Assembly (NCBI GenBank): GCA_045636445.1
Contig: JAZTXO010000006.1
Span: forward strand, 5,077 to 69,076
Length of the DNA: 64,000 nucleotides
Origin: Eubacteriales bacterium
Lineage (GTDB): Bacteria; Bacillota; Clostridia; Oscillospirales; CAG-272
Direction: 5' to 3'
Below are positions 38,568 through 48,568 of this stretch, in pieces; positions within the stretch are counted from its first letter, which is position 1; each line of letters starts with the position of its first letter. Under the pieces are notes generated by a model. That model was not told where the DNA came from and ran no database searches. It worked only from the letters and a program-made list of their open reading frames with translations. The translations under genes were made by a program, and so were the position numbers.

Positions 38568-39179
38568 TTATCTGCCTTGTGAAAGCTTCTTTAAAACAGC
38601 TTTAATAATAGTACCTGCATCAGAGGTATCGGTTATACCCTTTAGTGCGGCGAGTATGGTTGACTTATCATATCCGAGAACGAGAAGAGCCTCGGTTGCT
38701 TCCGAAACTGCAAAATTTGAAGCAACAGACTCGGATACCTGCGTATGTTGATTGTCGTTGGATGCGAACATAGTCTTCGCCATTTTATCTTTCAACTCAA
38801 GAATGATGCGGGCTGCGCTTTTTGCTCCTATACCCGGAGCTTTGGAAATTGCTTTTGCGTCATCTGTGCAGATAGCTAAAGCCAACTTTTCAGGGGTGAG
38901 GGTGGAAAGAATGCTCATGGCTACTTTAGGACCAACTCCGCTGACAGAGGTTAAATTGTTGAAGCATTCGCGTTCCTCTGTTGTTCCGAATCCAAAAAGC
39001 TCAACACCGTCTTCTCGGACGGAAAGGTGAGTGTATAGCAAAACTTCTTTTCCAAGTTTAGAGAGTAAAGAGTCGGACGTATTATGACTCACGGTAAGCA
39101 TATATCCAACGCCTCCGCAATCAATAACGCAGGTATTTATATCTCGGTGCGCTAATTCACCTTTTAAATAATAAAACAT
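38568..39179 (-). CDS. ruvA: Holliday junction binding protein RuvA
   Basis: GGVGY, VRED, LFGF, VSGVGPK, PGIGAKSAARIILELK. Confidence 0.96.
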   Translation of the reverse strand: MFYYLKGELAHRDINTCVIDCGGVGYMLTVSHNTSDSLLSKLGKEVLLYTHLSVREDGVELFGFGTTEERECFNNLTSVSGVGPKVAMSILSTLTPEKLALAICTDDAKAISKAPGIGAKSAARIILELKDKMAKTMFASNDNQHTQVSESVASNFAVSEATEALLVLGYDKSTILAALKGITDTSDAGTIIKAVLKKLSQGR

Positions 39180-39193
39180 AAAAACTCCTTACT

Positions 39194-39394
39194 TTAAATT
39201 TTCGATTGTGAACTATGAACTGATTTTATCATTTTTTCAAGAGATATTCTCGGAAGAGTGATTTCTCTTGAGCAACCGTCGCAAATCATTCTGACATCGC
39301 TGCCGCTGCGTAATACTGTGAAGATTTCCGAGCCGCACGGATGCTTCTTTTTGAGGTGCAGTTTATCTCCTAAATTGAATTTTACAATCTGCAT
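39194..39394 (-). CDS. DUF951-family small protein
   Basis: GD..LKKKHPCGS..R.G.D..C..C..pattern; start moved to MQIVK. Confidence 0.82.
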   Translation of the reverse strand: MQIVKFNLGDKLHLKKKHPCGSEIFTVLRSGSDVRMICDGCSREITLPRISLEKMIKSVHSSQSKI

Positions 39395-39395
39395 A

Positions 39396-39860
39396 TTACT
39401 TGTTGGAATACAATGATTTGTATGTCTCTTTTTTGCGTTCTGCCTCGGTTTTATTGCCAAATCTAGCGTTTATTATCTTGTCCAAAAAAGTGATGATTCG
39501 TTTTGCAACGTACGTGATACCAAATATAGCTCCATAGAAAACGGTAAACAAAATAATAGCAACAAAAATTTTGGAAGAGCTACCGGTTCCGATGTTACCG
39601 ATAGTGAGGAATATTGAGCAAAAGGCGATAAGCAAGGTTGTGTAATGTATTAAAAGCCTAATAAGTATATTTAACTTTTTAGCTTGTAAAACAAGCGAAG
39701 CGAGGGATATTAAAAAGCCGAATCCTACTATGAGCGCAAAGGTGGAAAAGTCGATTACTGCGGTAGAGAAGTTTGTTGAAACGGCAAATACAAAAAAGAG
39801 TAGCAGGATTAAAACCGAAAATCCGCATGCCTTAAGAACTGTTTCTTCTATTTTTTTCAT
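39396..39860 (-). CDS. Hypothetical 4-TM membrane protein
   Basis: Four hydrophobic segments; RBS gggag; first gene of the ruvAB unit. Confidence 0.75.
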   Translation of the reverse strand: MKKIEETVLKACGFSVLILLLFFVFAVSTNFSTAVIDFSTFALIVGFGFLISLASLVLQAKKLNILIRLLIHYTTLLIAFCSIFLTIGNIGTGSSSKIFVAIILFTVFYGAIFGITYVAKRIITFLDKIINARFGNKTEAERKKETYKSLYSNK

Positions 39861-39924
39861 TAAAAATCTCCCAATTTCTATTTATAGTTTGAAGCATGAT
39901 TCTTCGATGAAATTTAATAAATCT

Positions 39925-40052
39925 ATAATACCATAATCGCATTGAAATTTCAAGTCTTTTTGCAAAAATGAAGCCGATCGAATGAATTAACAATTTGTTT
40001 GCATAAATATTCTTTGGTTTTAATTGACTTTTATTTTTTTTAATGTTATAAT
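39925..40052. promoter_or_regulatory. Divergent SigA promoters (ruvAB unit and nusB unit)
   Basis: Minus TTGAAA-N17-TATTAT (39953-39925); plus TTGACT-N17-TATAAT (40024-40052). Confidence 0.65.
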
Positions 40053-40085
40053 ATATAATAAAATTTATTGTGTGAGGTTTGACGT

Positions 40086-40490
40086 ATGCAAAGAAGAACC
40101 GCAAGGGAAAATGCCTTTATTTTGATTTTTGAAAGTGTTTTTAAGACCGACGAGGTCGCTGAAGAGATTTTTACTAAGGCAACTCAAATACGTGGATTGG
40201 AGTATGACGATTACGTGAAAGAAACGTTTTTTGGATCGTATGAAAATTCTGCTGTTATAGATTCCGCTGTTGAAAAACATCTTACCGGCTGGAAGCAGGA
40301 GAGAATTTCGCCCGTTTCAAAGGCGATCATTCGACTTGCCGCTTATGAAATTATGTTTATGAGTGATGTTCCTGCGCGTGTTTCTATTAACGAAGCGGTA
40401 GAGCTTTCAAAAAAATATGATGATGAAAAGTCGTATTCCTTTGTAAACGGTGTTCTTCACGCCCTTGCTGATGAATATGCAGAAAAATAA
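40086..40490 (+). CDS. nusB: Transcription antitermination factor NusB
   Basis: RRTARE, AIIRLAAYE, VSINEAVELSKKY, FVNGVL. Confidence 0.96.
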   Translation: MQRRTARENAFILIFESVFKTDEVAEEIFTKATQIRGLEYDDYVKETFFGSYENSAVIDSAVEKHLTGWKQERISPVSKAIIRLAAYEIMFMSDVPARVSINEAVELSKKYDDEKSYSFVNGVLHALADEYAEK

Positions 40491-41442
40491 TTTGGAACGT
40501 GTAATTCTTGCTATAGACACAAGCAATTACACAACGTCCGTTGCAATACTTGATATATCGGGTAAGCTGATTGCCAATTTAAAACTTCCATTAAAAGTAA
40601 ATGAGGGCGCACGTGGACTCAGACAATCGGATGCGTTGTTTGCCCATACGGTGAATTTGCCTAAAATTATGCAGATTGCTATGCCGTATTTGGAAGGGAA
40701 GGATATAGCGGCAATCGGTGTCAGCGATAAACCCCGAAACGTCGATGGTTCGTATATGCCGTGCTTTCTGGCGGGAGTTGCCGTTGCTGAAAGCCTCAGT
40801 TGTACGCATAAGCTGCCTTTGTACCGATTTTCACATCAGTGTGGTCATATTATGGCCGCGCTATATTCATCGGGGGCGGAGCATTTGCTTGAAAAAGAAT
40901 TTGCAGCTTTCCATATTTCCGGAGGAACAACAGAGCTTGTTCGCGTATGTCCCGATACATACGGGTTTAAAACCGAGCTTCTTGGAGGAACGCTTGATTT
41001 GAATGCAGGACAGCTTATTGACAGGATAGGCGTCTATATGGGACTTGACTTTCCCGCCGGACCGGAAATGGAAAGGTTAGCTCTTTTAAATGGTAAAAAG
41101 GTTTCTGCCAGGAAGATACGTTTGAATGAAATGTCTGTAAACCTTTCGGGTGTGGAAAATCTTGCTGCCAAGCTTTATGATGAGACTAAGGACAAATCCT
41201 TGTGTTCTGCATTTGTTTTTGATTATATTTCACGTGTTCTCATTGCGATAAGCGAGGAATATGAGAATAGATACGGAAAGTGCGATTTTGTTTATGCCGG
41301 CGGTGTTATGTCGAATTCCATTATCAAAAATGCTCTTTCTTTACGTTTTCGTTCTTATTTTGCCGAGCCTGCAATGTCTGCAGATAATGCAGTAGGCATA
41401 GCCGCACTTGCGCTTAGGGCATATAAATCGGAGAATAAATAA
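40477..41442 (+). CDS. TsaD/Kae1-like protein (peptidase M22 family)
   Basis: LAIDTSNYTTS, HQCGH, HISGGTT, LDLNAGQLIDR, AGGV, DNAVG; start uncertain (40477 or 40492). Confidence 0.8.
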   Translation: MQKNNLERVILAIDTSNYTTSVAILDISGKLIANLKLPLKVNEGARGLRQSDALFAHTVNLPKIMQIAMPYLEGKDIAAIGVSDKPRNVDGSYMPCFLAGVAVAESLSCTHKLPLYRFSHQCGHIMAALYSSGAEHLLEKEFAAFHISGGTTELVRVCPDTYGFKTELLGGTLDLNAGQLIDRIGVYMGLDFPAGPEMERLALLNGKKVSARKIRLNEMSVNLSGVENLAAKLYDETKDKSLCSAFVFDYISRVLIAISEEYENRYGKCDFVYAGGVMSNSIIKNALSLRFRSYFAEPAMSADNAVGIAALALRAYKSENK

Positions 41443-42677
41443 TGAATATAAATTTGTTGCGTGAACGTGGTGGGCCTGCTGCGTTTACGGTTACGGAATT
41501 AAATAACTATATTAAGAGTCTTTTTGACAGTAACGGAAATCTATCGTCGGTTACCGTTAAAGGCGAAATATCTAATTTCGTTGCACATAAATCGGGACAT
41601 CTGTATTTTTCATTGAAAGATTCCGAAGGCCAAATCAGAGCTGTTATGTTCCGTTCTGCTGCTGCTCGTTTGAAATTTCTTCCGGAGTCCGGCATGAAGG
41701 TGATAGTCAGCGGTTCGGTTACCGTGTATCCGAGAGACGGGTCTTATCAGCTTTACGCAACCGCAATGCAACCTGATGGAATTGGAGCGTTGTATCTTGC
41801 TTACGAGCAATTGAAGGAGCGTTTGATGAGGGAAGGACTCTTTGATGAGTCGAACAAAAAAAGTATCCCGAAGTTTCCTTCAAAAATTGGTGTTATTACG
41901 TCGCCAACCGGTGCCGCAATAAGAGATATTATCAATGTAACCGGAAGAAGATATCCTTTGGCGGATATTTATTTATATCCGGCTCTGGTGCAGGGTGAGG
42001 GTGCGGAAGAAAGCCTTATTCGAGGCGTTGATTTCCTTGACAAGCAGGGGAATGTTGACGTTATTATAATCGGTCGAGGTGGCGGATCTATTGAAGATTT
42101 GTGGGCGTTTAACAGCGAAGCTCTTGCCAGACGTATTTATGCAGCTAATACTCCTATTATATCTGCAGTAGGTCATGAAATCGATTTTACAATATGCGAT
42201 TTCGTAGCCGATCTCCGAGCGCCGACTCCTTCTGCGGCAGCAGAGCTTGCGGTGCCGGATTTTAAAGAAATTCTTTTGAGAATAGATAACTGTTCCGATA
42301 GATCCTCGTATGCATTGAAGCGTGTTGTTGAACGTGCTAATGAACGCTTTTTGAGAGTAGTCAATTCCTCTGTTTTGAAGGATCACAGAAAACTTTTTAA
42401 GCCTAGTTTGCTATTGCTTGACGATCTGAAGGGAAGAGCTTGTCGAGGAATGGAAAACGTATTTAGAATGAGCAGAGAACGGTTTACTGTAAATACCGGA
42501 AAATTGTCAGGATTGAATCCGCTTGCTGTTTTATCTCGCGGTTATTCCGTTACCGAGATGGACGGGAAGAGTGTGAGGAATGTTGATGATTTGACTATTG
42601 GTGATACAGTTAATGTTATTTTAAATAACGGCAGTTTTACTGCAACGGTATCGTCTGTTGAAAAAAAGGATGTATGA
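41442..42677 (+). CDS. xseA: Exodeoxyribonuclease VII large subunit
   Basis: GEISN, SGHLYFSLKD, RGGGSIEDL, AVGHEID, APTPSAAAE. Confidence 0.97.
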   Translation: MNINLLRERGGPAAFTVTELNNYIKSLFDSNGNLSSVTVKGEISNFVAHKSGHLYFSLKDSEGQIRAVMFRSAAARLKFLPESGMKVIVSGSVTVYPRDGSYQLYATAMQPDGIGALYLAYEQLKERLMREGLFDESNKKSIPKFPSKIGVITSPTGAAIRDIINVTGRRYPLADIYLYPALVQGEGAEESLIRGVDFLDKQGNVDVIIIGRGGGSIEDLWAFNSEALARRIYAANTPIISAVGHEIDFTICDFVADLRAPTPSAAAELAVPDFKEILLRIDNCSDRSSYALKRVVERANERFLRVVNSSVLKDHRKLFKPSLLLLDDLKGRACRGMENVFRMSRERFTVNTGKLSGLNPLAVLSRGYSVTEMDGKSVRNVDDLTIGDTVNVILNNGSFTATVSSVEKKDV

Positions 42678-42678
42678 G

Positions 42679-42918
42679 ATGAAGAATGATATGAGCTTTG
42701 AATCAGCTATTGAAAAACTTGAATTGGAAGTAAAAAAACTCGAAGAAGGCAATTTGTCTCTTGATGAAGCTCTTGAGTCGTATGAAACCGCTATCGGTCT
42801 TGTGAAAATTTGTAATGACAAGCTCGAAAGCGCCGACAGAAAGGTTCGCATTTTGGTTGAAAATTCCGGCTCGGAGATAGTTGATAAAGATTTTAACGAA
42901 AATTTCGATGAGACTTGA
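42679..42918 (+). CDS. xseB: Exodeoxyribonuclease VII small subunit
   Basis: SFESAIEKLE..LEEGNLSLDEAL..YE; follows xseA. Confidence 0.93.
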   Translation: MKNDMSFESAIEKLELEVKKLEEGNLSLDEALESYETAIGLVKICNDKLESADRKVRILVENSGSEIVDKDFNENFDET

Positions 42919-43648
42919 TGTTTTTTTGCATGAAACAGGAAGGGCTGAAAGCCGTACCGAGGCTAAAAATTTGATTCTTGAAGGCTCTGTAACTGTTTTT
43001 GGAAATGTGGTTCGTAAACCTTCCTATGAGATTGACGAAGCGGCGGAAAACGTAGAAATTAACGTAACCGCAAAAAAATTTGCTAGCAGGGCAGGTTTTA
43101 AGCTTGAAGCTGCATTGGATAACTTTAACGTATCGGTTGAAGGGAAATGCGCAGTAGACATTGGAGCATCAAGCGGTGGTTTTACCGATTGTTTGCTTAA
43201 GCGTGGTTGCACTCACGTTTTTGCAGTAGATTCCGGATATGGGCAGCTTGTTCGCTCGCTTAGAGAGGATGAGCGTGTTTCGGTTTATGAAAATTATAAT
43301 GCCAGATATATGAAAAGCGCGGACTTTGAGTCTACGCCCGACATTGCGGTTATGGACGTTTCTTTTATTTCGGCAACTTATATAATTCCTGCGGTTAAGG
43401 ATGTGTTGGCTGCCGGCGGTGAATTTATTTGTCTTATAAAACCGCAATTTGAAGTAGGGAAAGCAAAGCTTGGCAAGGGCGGAATTGTGAGAAATGAAAA
43501 ATTCCGTCGAGAAGCTATTGATAAAGTTGTTTCTTTTGCGTTTAGCCAAGGCTTTGAAATGAGGGGCGTTATTGAGTCTCCGATTACCGGAGGAGATGGA
43601 AATATAGAATATCTTGCTTATTTCAGAAAGGCGGATAGTAAAGAATGA
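42908..43648 (+). CDS. tlyA: TlyA-family rRNA methyltransferase
   Basis: MRLD S4 domain, SRAGFKL, DIGASSGGFTD, DVSFIS, LIKPQFE, GNIEYL. Confidence 0.95.
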   Translation: MRLDVFLHETGRAESRTEAKNLILEGSVTVFGNVVRKPSYEIDEAAENVEINVTAKKFASRAGFKLEAALDNFNVSVEGKCAVDIGASSGGFTDCLLKRGCTHVFAVDSGYGQLVRSLREDERVSVYENYNARYMKSADFESTPDIAVMDVSFISATYIIPAVKDVLAAGGEFICLIKPQFEVGKAKLGKGGIVRNEKFRREAIDKVVSFAFSQGFEMRGVIESPITGGDGNIEYLAYFRKADSKE

Positions 43649-44505
43649 AAAAAATAATATTGATTCCCAATCCTACTAAGGACAAAGATCTTTCTGTAAC
43701 GAAGAATGCCGTAAAAAAACTGTTGTCGTTGGGATTTGAGGTGTATACACCGGTAAAATTTATTGATCTTGAAAAAATAGGAGCTAAAACCTATGATGAC
43801 CGATTGCCTGCCGAGGCCGAGTTGATTTTGGTTGTTGGCGGTGATGGTTCGATTATTGATGCATCTCTTGTTGCAATCAAACTTAATGTTCCGTTGCTTG
43901 GAATTAATCTTGGTAAGGTGGGGTATCTTAGTGAGGTTGAACCGGACAATCTTGACATTCTTGATAGACTTGTTAACGAGGACTACACCATTGAAAGAAA
44001 AATGCTTTTGAAGGTGGAAAAATATTCGCCTCAAGGGGATGTTAAAGTGTCTGCAAGAGAGGCGGTTAACGACGTTGTTATCTCTCATGATGCCTATTTT
44101 GGAATTGCCGATTTCAAGCTGGAAAATTCGTATGGAGACAGAATTACTTACAGAGCTGATGGATTGATATTAGCTACTCCTGCAGGCTCTACAGCATATT
44201 CGCTTTCTGCCGGCGGACCGATTGTTTCTCATAATTTGGATTCTATCACGGTAATACCGGTTTGTCCTCATTCTTTCTTTAACCGAGCTATTATTTATGA
44301 TAAGGATGAGTGTATAAAAATTTCCAATTTCGGAGATGCCGTACTGAATATTAGTGTTGACGGAAGATTTTTTGAGAACTTGTCCCCGGGTGAGTGGTGC
44401 GTTGTTCAAAAAAGCCAAACTTATCTTAAAATGGTAACCTTCTCGCAAAACAATATGTTTTCAGTTTTGTTTAAAAAAATAAAGGATATAAACGGTTCGG
44501 TTTGA
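43645..44505 (+). CDS. nadK: NAD kinase
   Basis: GGDGS, GINLGKVGYL, ND, ADGLILATPAGSTAYSLSAGGP. Confidence 0.96.
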   Translation: MKKIILIPNPTKDKDLSVTKNAVKKLLSLGFEVYTPVKFIDLEKIGAKTYDDRLPAEAELILVVGGDGSIIDASLVAIKLNVPLLGINLGKVGYLSEVEPDNLDILDRLVNEDYTIERKMLLKVEKYSPQGDVKVSAREAVNDVVISHDAYFGIADFKLENSYGDRITYRADGLILATPAGSTAYSLSAGGPIVSHNLDSITVIPVCPHSFFNRAIIYDKDECIKISNFGDAVLNISVDGRFFENLSPGEWCVVQKSQTYLKMVTFSQNNMFSVLFKKIKDINGSV

Positions 44506-44533
44506 TAATCGAGCGTCAAAGGAGTATGAACAT

Positions 44534-44983
44534 ATGAAAAATGTTAGACAACAGAAAATTTTAGAGTTGATTGAGAAATATGATATTGATACTCAGGACA
44601 CCCTTATAAGCAAACTTCGCGAACTTGGTTTTGATGTTACTCAGACAACCGTTTCGCGTGATATAAAGCAGCTTAATATCGTTAAATCTGTAAGCTCCAA
44701 AGGAACGTATAAATACGTTGCACCCGGAATACGCAAGGATGAAGGAGTGCCTGTTTTAAGCTCCGCAATAACCGATTCCGTTATAAAAATTTCCGCCGCA
44801 GGGAACATTGTTGTTGTTAAAACCTATCCTGGTATGGCAAACGCAATTGCTGTGTGCGTAGATTCGCTTTATCATGAATCTATTATTGGTAGTGTTGCGG
44901 GTGATGACACTATATTACTTGTTGTTGCAGATGCCGACGCAGCAAGCCGACTTGCTTTTGAATTGAGAGAAAAGTTCAGCTAA
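44534..44983 (+). CDS. argR: Arginine repressor
   Basis: RQQKI, TQ, VTQTTVSRDI, GSVAGDDT. Confidence 0.96.
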   Translation: MKNVRQQKILELIEKYDIDTQDTLISKLRELGFDVTQTTVSRDIKQLNIVKSVSSKGTYKYVAPGIRKDEGVPVLSSAITDSVIKISAAGNIVVVKTYPGMANAIAVCVDSLYHESIIGSVAGDDTILLVVADADAASRLAFELREKFS

Positions 44984-45026
44984 AAGTTAAAATAGTCTGC
45001 AATTTGATTTTGAAACGGAGAAAAAA

Positions 45027-46721
45027 ATGCTTCTTTCATTGCATATAGAGAATATAGCTGTAATAAAATCAATTGATCTTGATTTCAGCGAAGGTTTTTC
45101 TGTGCTTACGGGTGAAACAGGCGCCGGAAAATCGGTTATAATAGATAGCATCAATCTTCTTCTGGGCGCAAAAGCTGACCGAGAGCTTATAAGAAATGAT
45201 GCCGAGTTTGCTATGGTAAGCGGACTTTTTTCAGACCTTTCGCCTCGAATTTCCGAAAGCCTTCAGCAAATAGGCATAGAGCCTTCGGAAGACGGAACTT
45301 TGCTGATCCAAAGAACACTTACTTCCTCGGGACAGTCTCGTATAAACCTTAACGGAAGAGCGGTAAGTCTTGCTCTTCTTAAATCGGTAACTCCTCTTCT
45401 TGTTGCGATCCACGGACAAAATGATACCGCATCTCTTACAAATTCTAAAAATCACATAGATCTTTTGGACGTTGTTGCAGGTTGTTCGGATAAAATCGCT
45501 GACTATAGAATAGCGTACGACAAGCTGGAAAAAATAAGAAGAGAAATAATCAGTGTTCAGCAAGCTTCCGCAGAGGGTGAACGGATGCGTGAGATACTTG
45601 AGTATCAGATAAAGGATATTGATTCGGCTCAGCTTAAACCCGATGAAGAAGATGAACTGATTGATAAAAAAATTAAAATTAAAAATAGCGAAAAAATTAT
45701 TAAGAATTCGGAGTTCGTGTTTAAGGCGCTTAAGGGAAGCGAAAAGGGAAGTGTTTCGTATTTGCTTGACAGAAGTGCGACTGCTCTGGAACAGCTTTCT
45801 GACGTTGTAGACGGATTTGGTGACTATGCCGAACGTATTCGTGAAGCGGTATATCAGATTGATGATATTGCAGAGGAAGTTTATGCTGTTCTTTCCGATA
45901 TTGACAATGACCCGGATGTAACCCTTAATAAAATCGAGGCTCGTCTTGATAGAATAGCTAAGTTGAAAAGGAAATACGGGCTTACGGTAAGCGACGTTCT
46001 TGCGTTCCGTGAAAAATGCGCTTCGGAACTTAATGTAATGCAAAATTCCGAGCAACTTATTTCCTCTCTGAAAAAGAACGAAACGATTGCGTATAATGAA
46101 GCTTTGAAAATTGCAAAGGAGATACACGAAAAGAGAAGCGTTGCCGTATCTTATCTTGAAGAGCGTGTAAAATCCACCCTTGAATTTTTGGATATGCCAA
46201 AAGTCGTATTTTTTGTTTCGATGAAAGAAAACGTAAAAGACGGTGTAGTTCAGCTTTCTTCGGATGGATACGATGAAGTTGAATTTTATATTAGCGCAAA
46301 CAGAGGCGCTGCTCCGCAACCGTTATCTAAAATAGCGTCCGGAGGCGAGATGTCTCGAATAATGCTTGCTTTGAAGAGCGTTATTGCGGATAAAGACGGA
46401 GTTCCTACCGTTATTTATGATGAAATAGATACCGGTGTTTCGGGAAAAACCGCCAGAAAAATTGGTATAAAAATGCTAGAGCTGTCAAAAAGTTCTCAGC
46501 TGTTTTGCGTTACGCATAGCGCTCAAATTGCATCACTTGCGGACAGACATTTCCTTATAAGCAAAAGCGATGTGCATTCCGAAACTCAAACCTCGGTTAA
46601 GGTTCTTGATTATGAGGGAAGAATTGCCGAGCTTTCCAGAATTTTGGGCGGTATAAATGTAACCGATGCGCAAAAAGCTGCAGCTAAGGATATGCTTGAA
46701 GAAAAAAATATATACAATTAA
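45027..46721 (+). CDS. recN: DNA repair protein RecN
   Basis: TGETGAGKS, IHGQ, ASGGEMSRIML, YDEIDTGVSG, VTH. Confidence 0.97.
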   Translation: MLLSLHIENIAVIKSIDLDFSEGFSVLTGETGAGKSVIIDSINLLLGAKADRELIRNDAEFAMVSGLFSDLSPRISESLQQIGIEPSEDGTLLIQRTLTSSGQSRINLNGRAVSLALLKSVTPLLVAIHGQNDTASLTNSKNHIDLLDVVAGCSDKIADYRIAYDKLEKIRREIISVQQASAEGERMREILEYQIKDIDSAQLKPDEEDELIDKKIKIKNSEKIIKNSEFVFKALKGSEKGSVSYLLDRSATALEQLSDVVDGFGDYAERIREAVYQIDDIAEEVYAVLSDIDNDPDVTLNKIEARLDRIAKLKRKYGLTVSDVLAFREKCASELNVMQNSEQLISSLKKNETIAYNEALKIAKEIHEKRSVAVSYLEERVKSTLEFLDMPKVVFFVSMKENVKDGVVQLSSDGYDEVEFYISANRGAAPQPLSKIASGGEMSRIMLALKSVIADKDGVPTVIYDEIDTGVSGKTARKIGIKMLELSKSSQLFCVTHSAQIASLADRHFLISKSDVHSETQTSVKVLDYEGRIAELSRILGGINVTDAQKAAAKDMLEEKNIYN

Positions 46722-46743
46722 CACATAATAAATTTGAGGTGTC

Positions 46744-47646
46744 ATGGTTGAGTATACAAAAGAGTATCTCAAGCTAAATGACGTTGAATTTAAAGTAAAA
46801 GTAAAAATAAAGGATTTCTCTACAATACGGATTGGGGGATTTGCCAAGATTGTTGCATATCCCGACACCGAGGAAAAGTTTTGTAATCTTATTTCGTTCT
46901 TGACAAAAATCGGTTTGAAATATAAAGTTATAGGCGGTATGTCAAATATTCTTGCAGACGATGCAGGGTATGACGGTGTGCTGATTAAAACCGATAGGTT
47001 GAAAGAAATTGTTTTTAACGAAGAATACGTTTGCGCCATGTGCGGAGTGAGTATGCCTTATTTGGCTTATTTGTGTTCTATGGCAAATCTCTCCGGATTG
47101 GAGAGGTTATCGGGTATTCCGGGGAGAATGGGTGGCTGCGTGAGAGGAAATGCCGGTGCATACGGTACAGACCTTTCAGAATGCGTTTTTGAATGTAAAA
47201 CCTTTTCTCCTTTGCAAAATACCATGAAAACTTTGACTCTGCGAGAGCTTGATTTTTCATATAGAGGCAGTTGTTTAAAGCAAAGCGGAGATATTATCGT
47301 TTCGGTAAAATTGAAGTTAAAAAAAGGTGATTACATTGAAATCCGAAATAATATGGATTATTATAAATCGAAGCGTAGGTTGAGTCAACCGGTTGATACA
47401 CCTTCCTTGGGAAGCGTTTTTAAACGAACATCTGATGGTATATCAGCGGCAAAGCTTATTGATATGTGCGAATTGCGAGGTTGTACCTATGGTGGCGCTT
47501 CGATTTCTTCCAAGCACGCAGGATTTATCGTAAATCAGAACAATGCAAGTTCAGAGGATGTAAAATCTCTTGTTGCAATTGCAGAAAAGTCGGTATATGA
47601 TAGGTTTTCTGTCAAGCTTGAAAGAGAGATAGAATATTTGGTTTGA
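46744..47646 (+). CDS. murB: UDP-N-acetylenolpyruvoylglucosamine reductase
   Basis: RIGG, GGMSN, GIPG..GG..NAGAYG, YR.S, QP, GSVFK, HAGFIVN. Confidence 0.92.
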   Translation: MVEYTKEYLKLNDVEFKVKVKIKDFSTIRIGGFAKIVAYPDTEEKFCNLISFLTKIGLKYKVIGGMSNILADDAGYDGVLIKTDRLKEIVFNEEYVCAMCGVSMPYLAYLCSMANLSGLERLSGIPGRMGGCVRGNAGAYGTDLSECVFECKTFSPLQNTMKTLTLRELDFSYRGSCLKQSGDIIVSVKLKLKKGDYIEIRNNMDYYKSKRRLSQPVDTPSLGSVFKRTSDGISAAKLIDMCELRGCTYGGASISSKHAGFIVNQNNASSEDVKSLVAIAEKSVYDRFSVKLEREIEYLV

Positions 47647-47664
47647 TCGTTTAGGGAGTTTGTT

Positions 47665-48552
47665 ATGTCTTTTTCATCTATGCAAAAAGACGCGATTGTT
47701 TCACAGAATTATAAAGCATCGTGTTGCAGACGCGCATTTCTACGCGGCGTCTTTTTTGCCAAGGCTTATCTTAATGATGACAGAACGGTCTGTATACATA
47801 TTGAAAGAAAGAATGTTGCCGATTTTATAGCAAAACTTATAAAGGAGTTTTATTCCTCGTCGGTAGAAATTTCTCACGAAAAATATGGAGGCAGATTTTA
47901 TAGTTTGTTGTTTGTGTCGAGATCTGCCTCGGAATATATATCAAATATTGAAAATGCGGAGATTCTTGATGAAAAATGCCCCTCCTGTTTATCCGCTTTT
48001 TTGAGAGGCGTGTTCGTTGCTTCCGGAAAAATTTCCGATCCGCAAAGTCAGTATTCTCTTGAATTCTCCCTTGGTACAAGATCGCTTCTTTTTGCTGATT
48101 TTTTAGCAGAATACGGGATTGTTCCTTTAATCTCATATAAAAAAAGCGAAACCGTTGTATACTTTAAAAACAGTTCGATGATAGAAGAATTTTGCGCTAC
48201 AGCCGGTATGAATAAGGCTGTGTTTGCAATTTTGAATTCTAAAGCCGAGGGCGAAATCAAGCAAAATATTAATAGAAGAATTAATTGCGAAACAAATAAT
48301 ATTGCAAAAGCAATAGATGCAGCGGCAAAGCAAATTGAAATTATTTCCAAACTTGAAAGTGTCAACCTGCTTTCTTCGTTACCCGATGAGCTTGAGCAAA
48401 CTGCAAGGTTGAGACTTGCTCATGCTGATTTGTCATTATCGCAGCTTTCTGCAATTGCAATTCCTCCGATTTCAAAATCCGGTCTCTCACATCGGTTAAA
48501 TAAAATCGTTGAGCTGGGAAAACAACTTTTAGACTCTGAAAAAAATAGTTAA
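47665..48552 (+). CDS. whiA: DNA-binding protein WhiA
   Basis: FLRGVFVASG.ISDP..YSLE, NRRINCETNN, SKSGLSHRL. Confidence 0.9.
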   Translation: MSFSSMQKDAIVSQNYKASCCRRAFLRGVFFAKAYLNDDRTVCIHIERKNVADFIAKLIKEFYSSSVEISHEKYGGRFYSLLFVSRSASEYISNIENAEILDEKCPSCLSAFLRGVFVASGKISDPQSQYSLEFSLGTRSLLFADFLAEYGIVPLISYKKSETVVYFKNSSMIEEFCATAGMNKAVFAILNSKAEGEIKQNINRRINCETNNIAKAIDAAAKQIEIISKLESVNLLSSLPDELEQTARLRLAHADLSLSQLSAIAIPPISKSGLSHRLNKIVELGKQLLDSEKNS

Positions 48553-48568
48553 AGAAAGGAAGTCTGCT

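Noticed and set aside
45231-46319. 362-aa antisense ORF
   Set aside because: Lies wholly opposite recN; Phe/Ile-rich composition typical of a shadow frame
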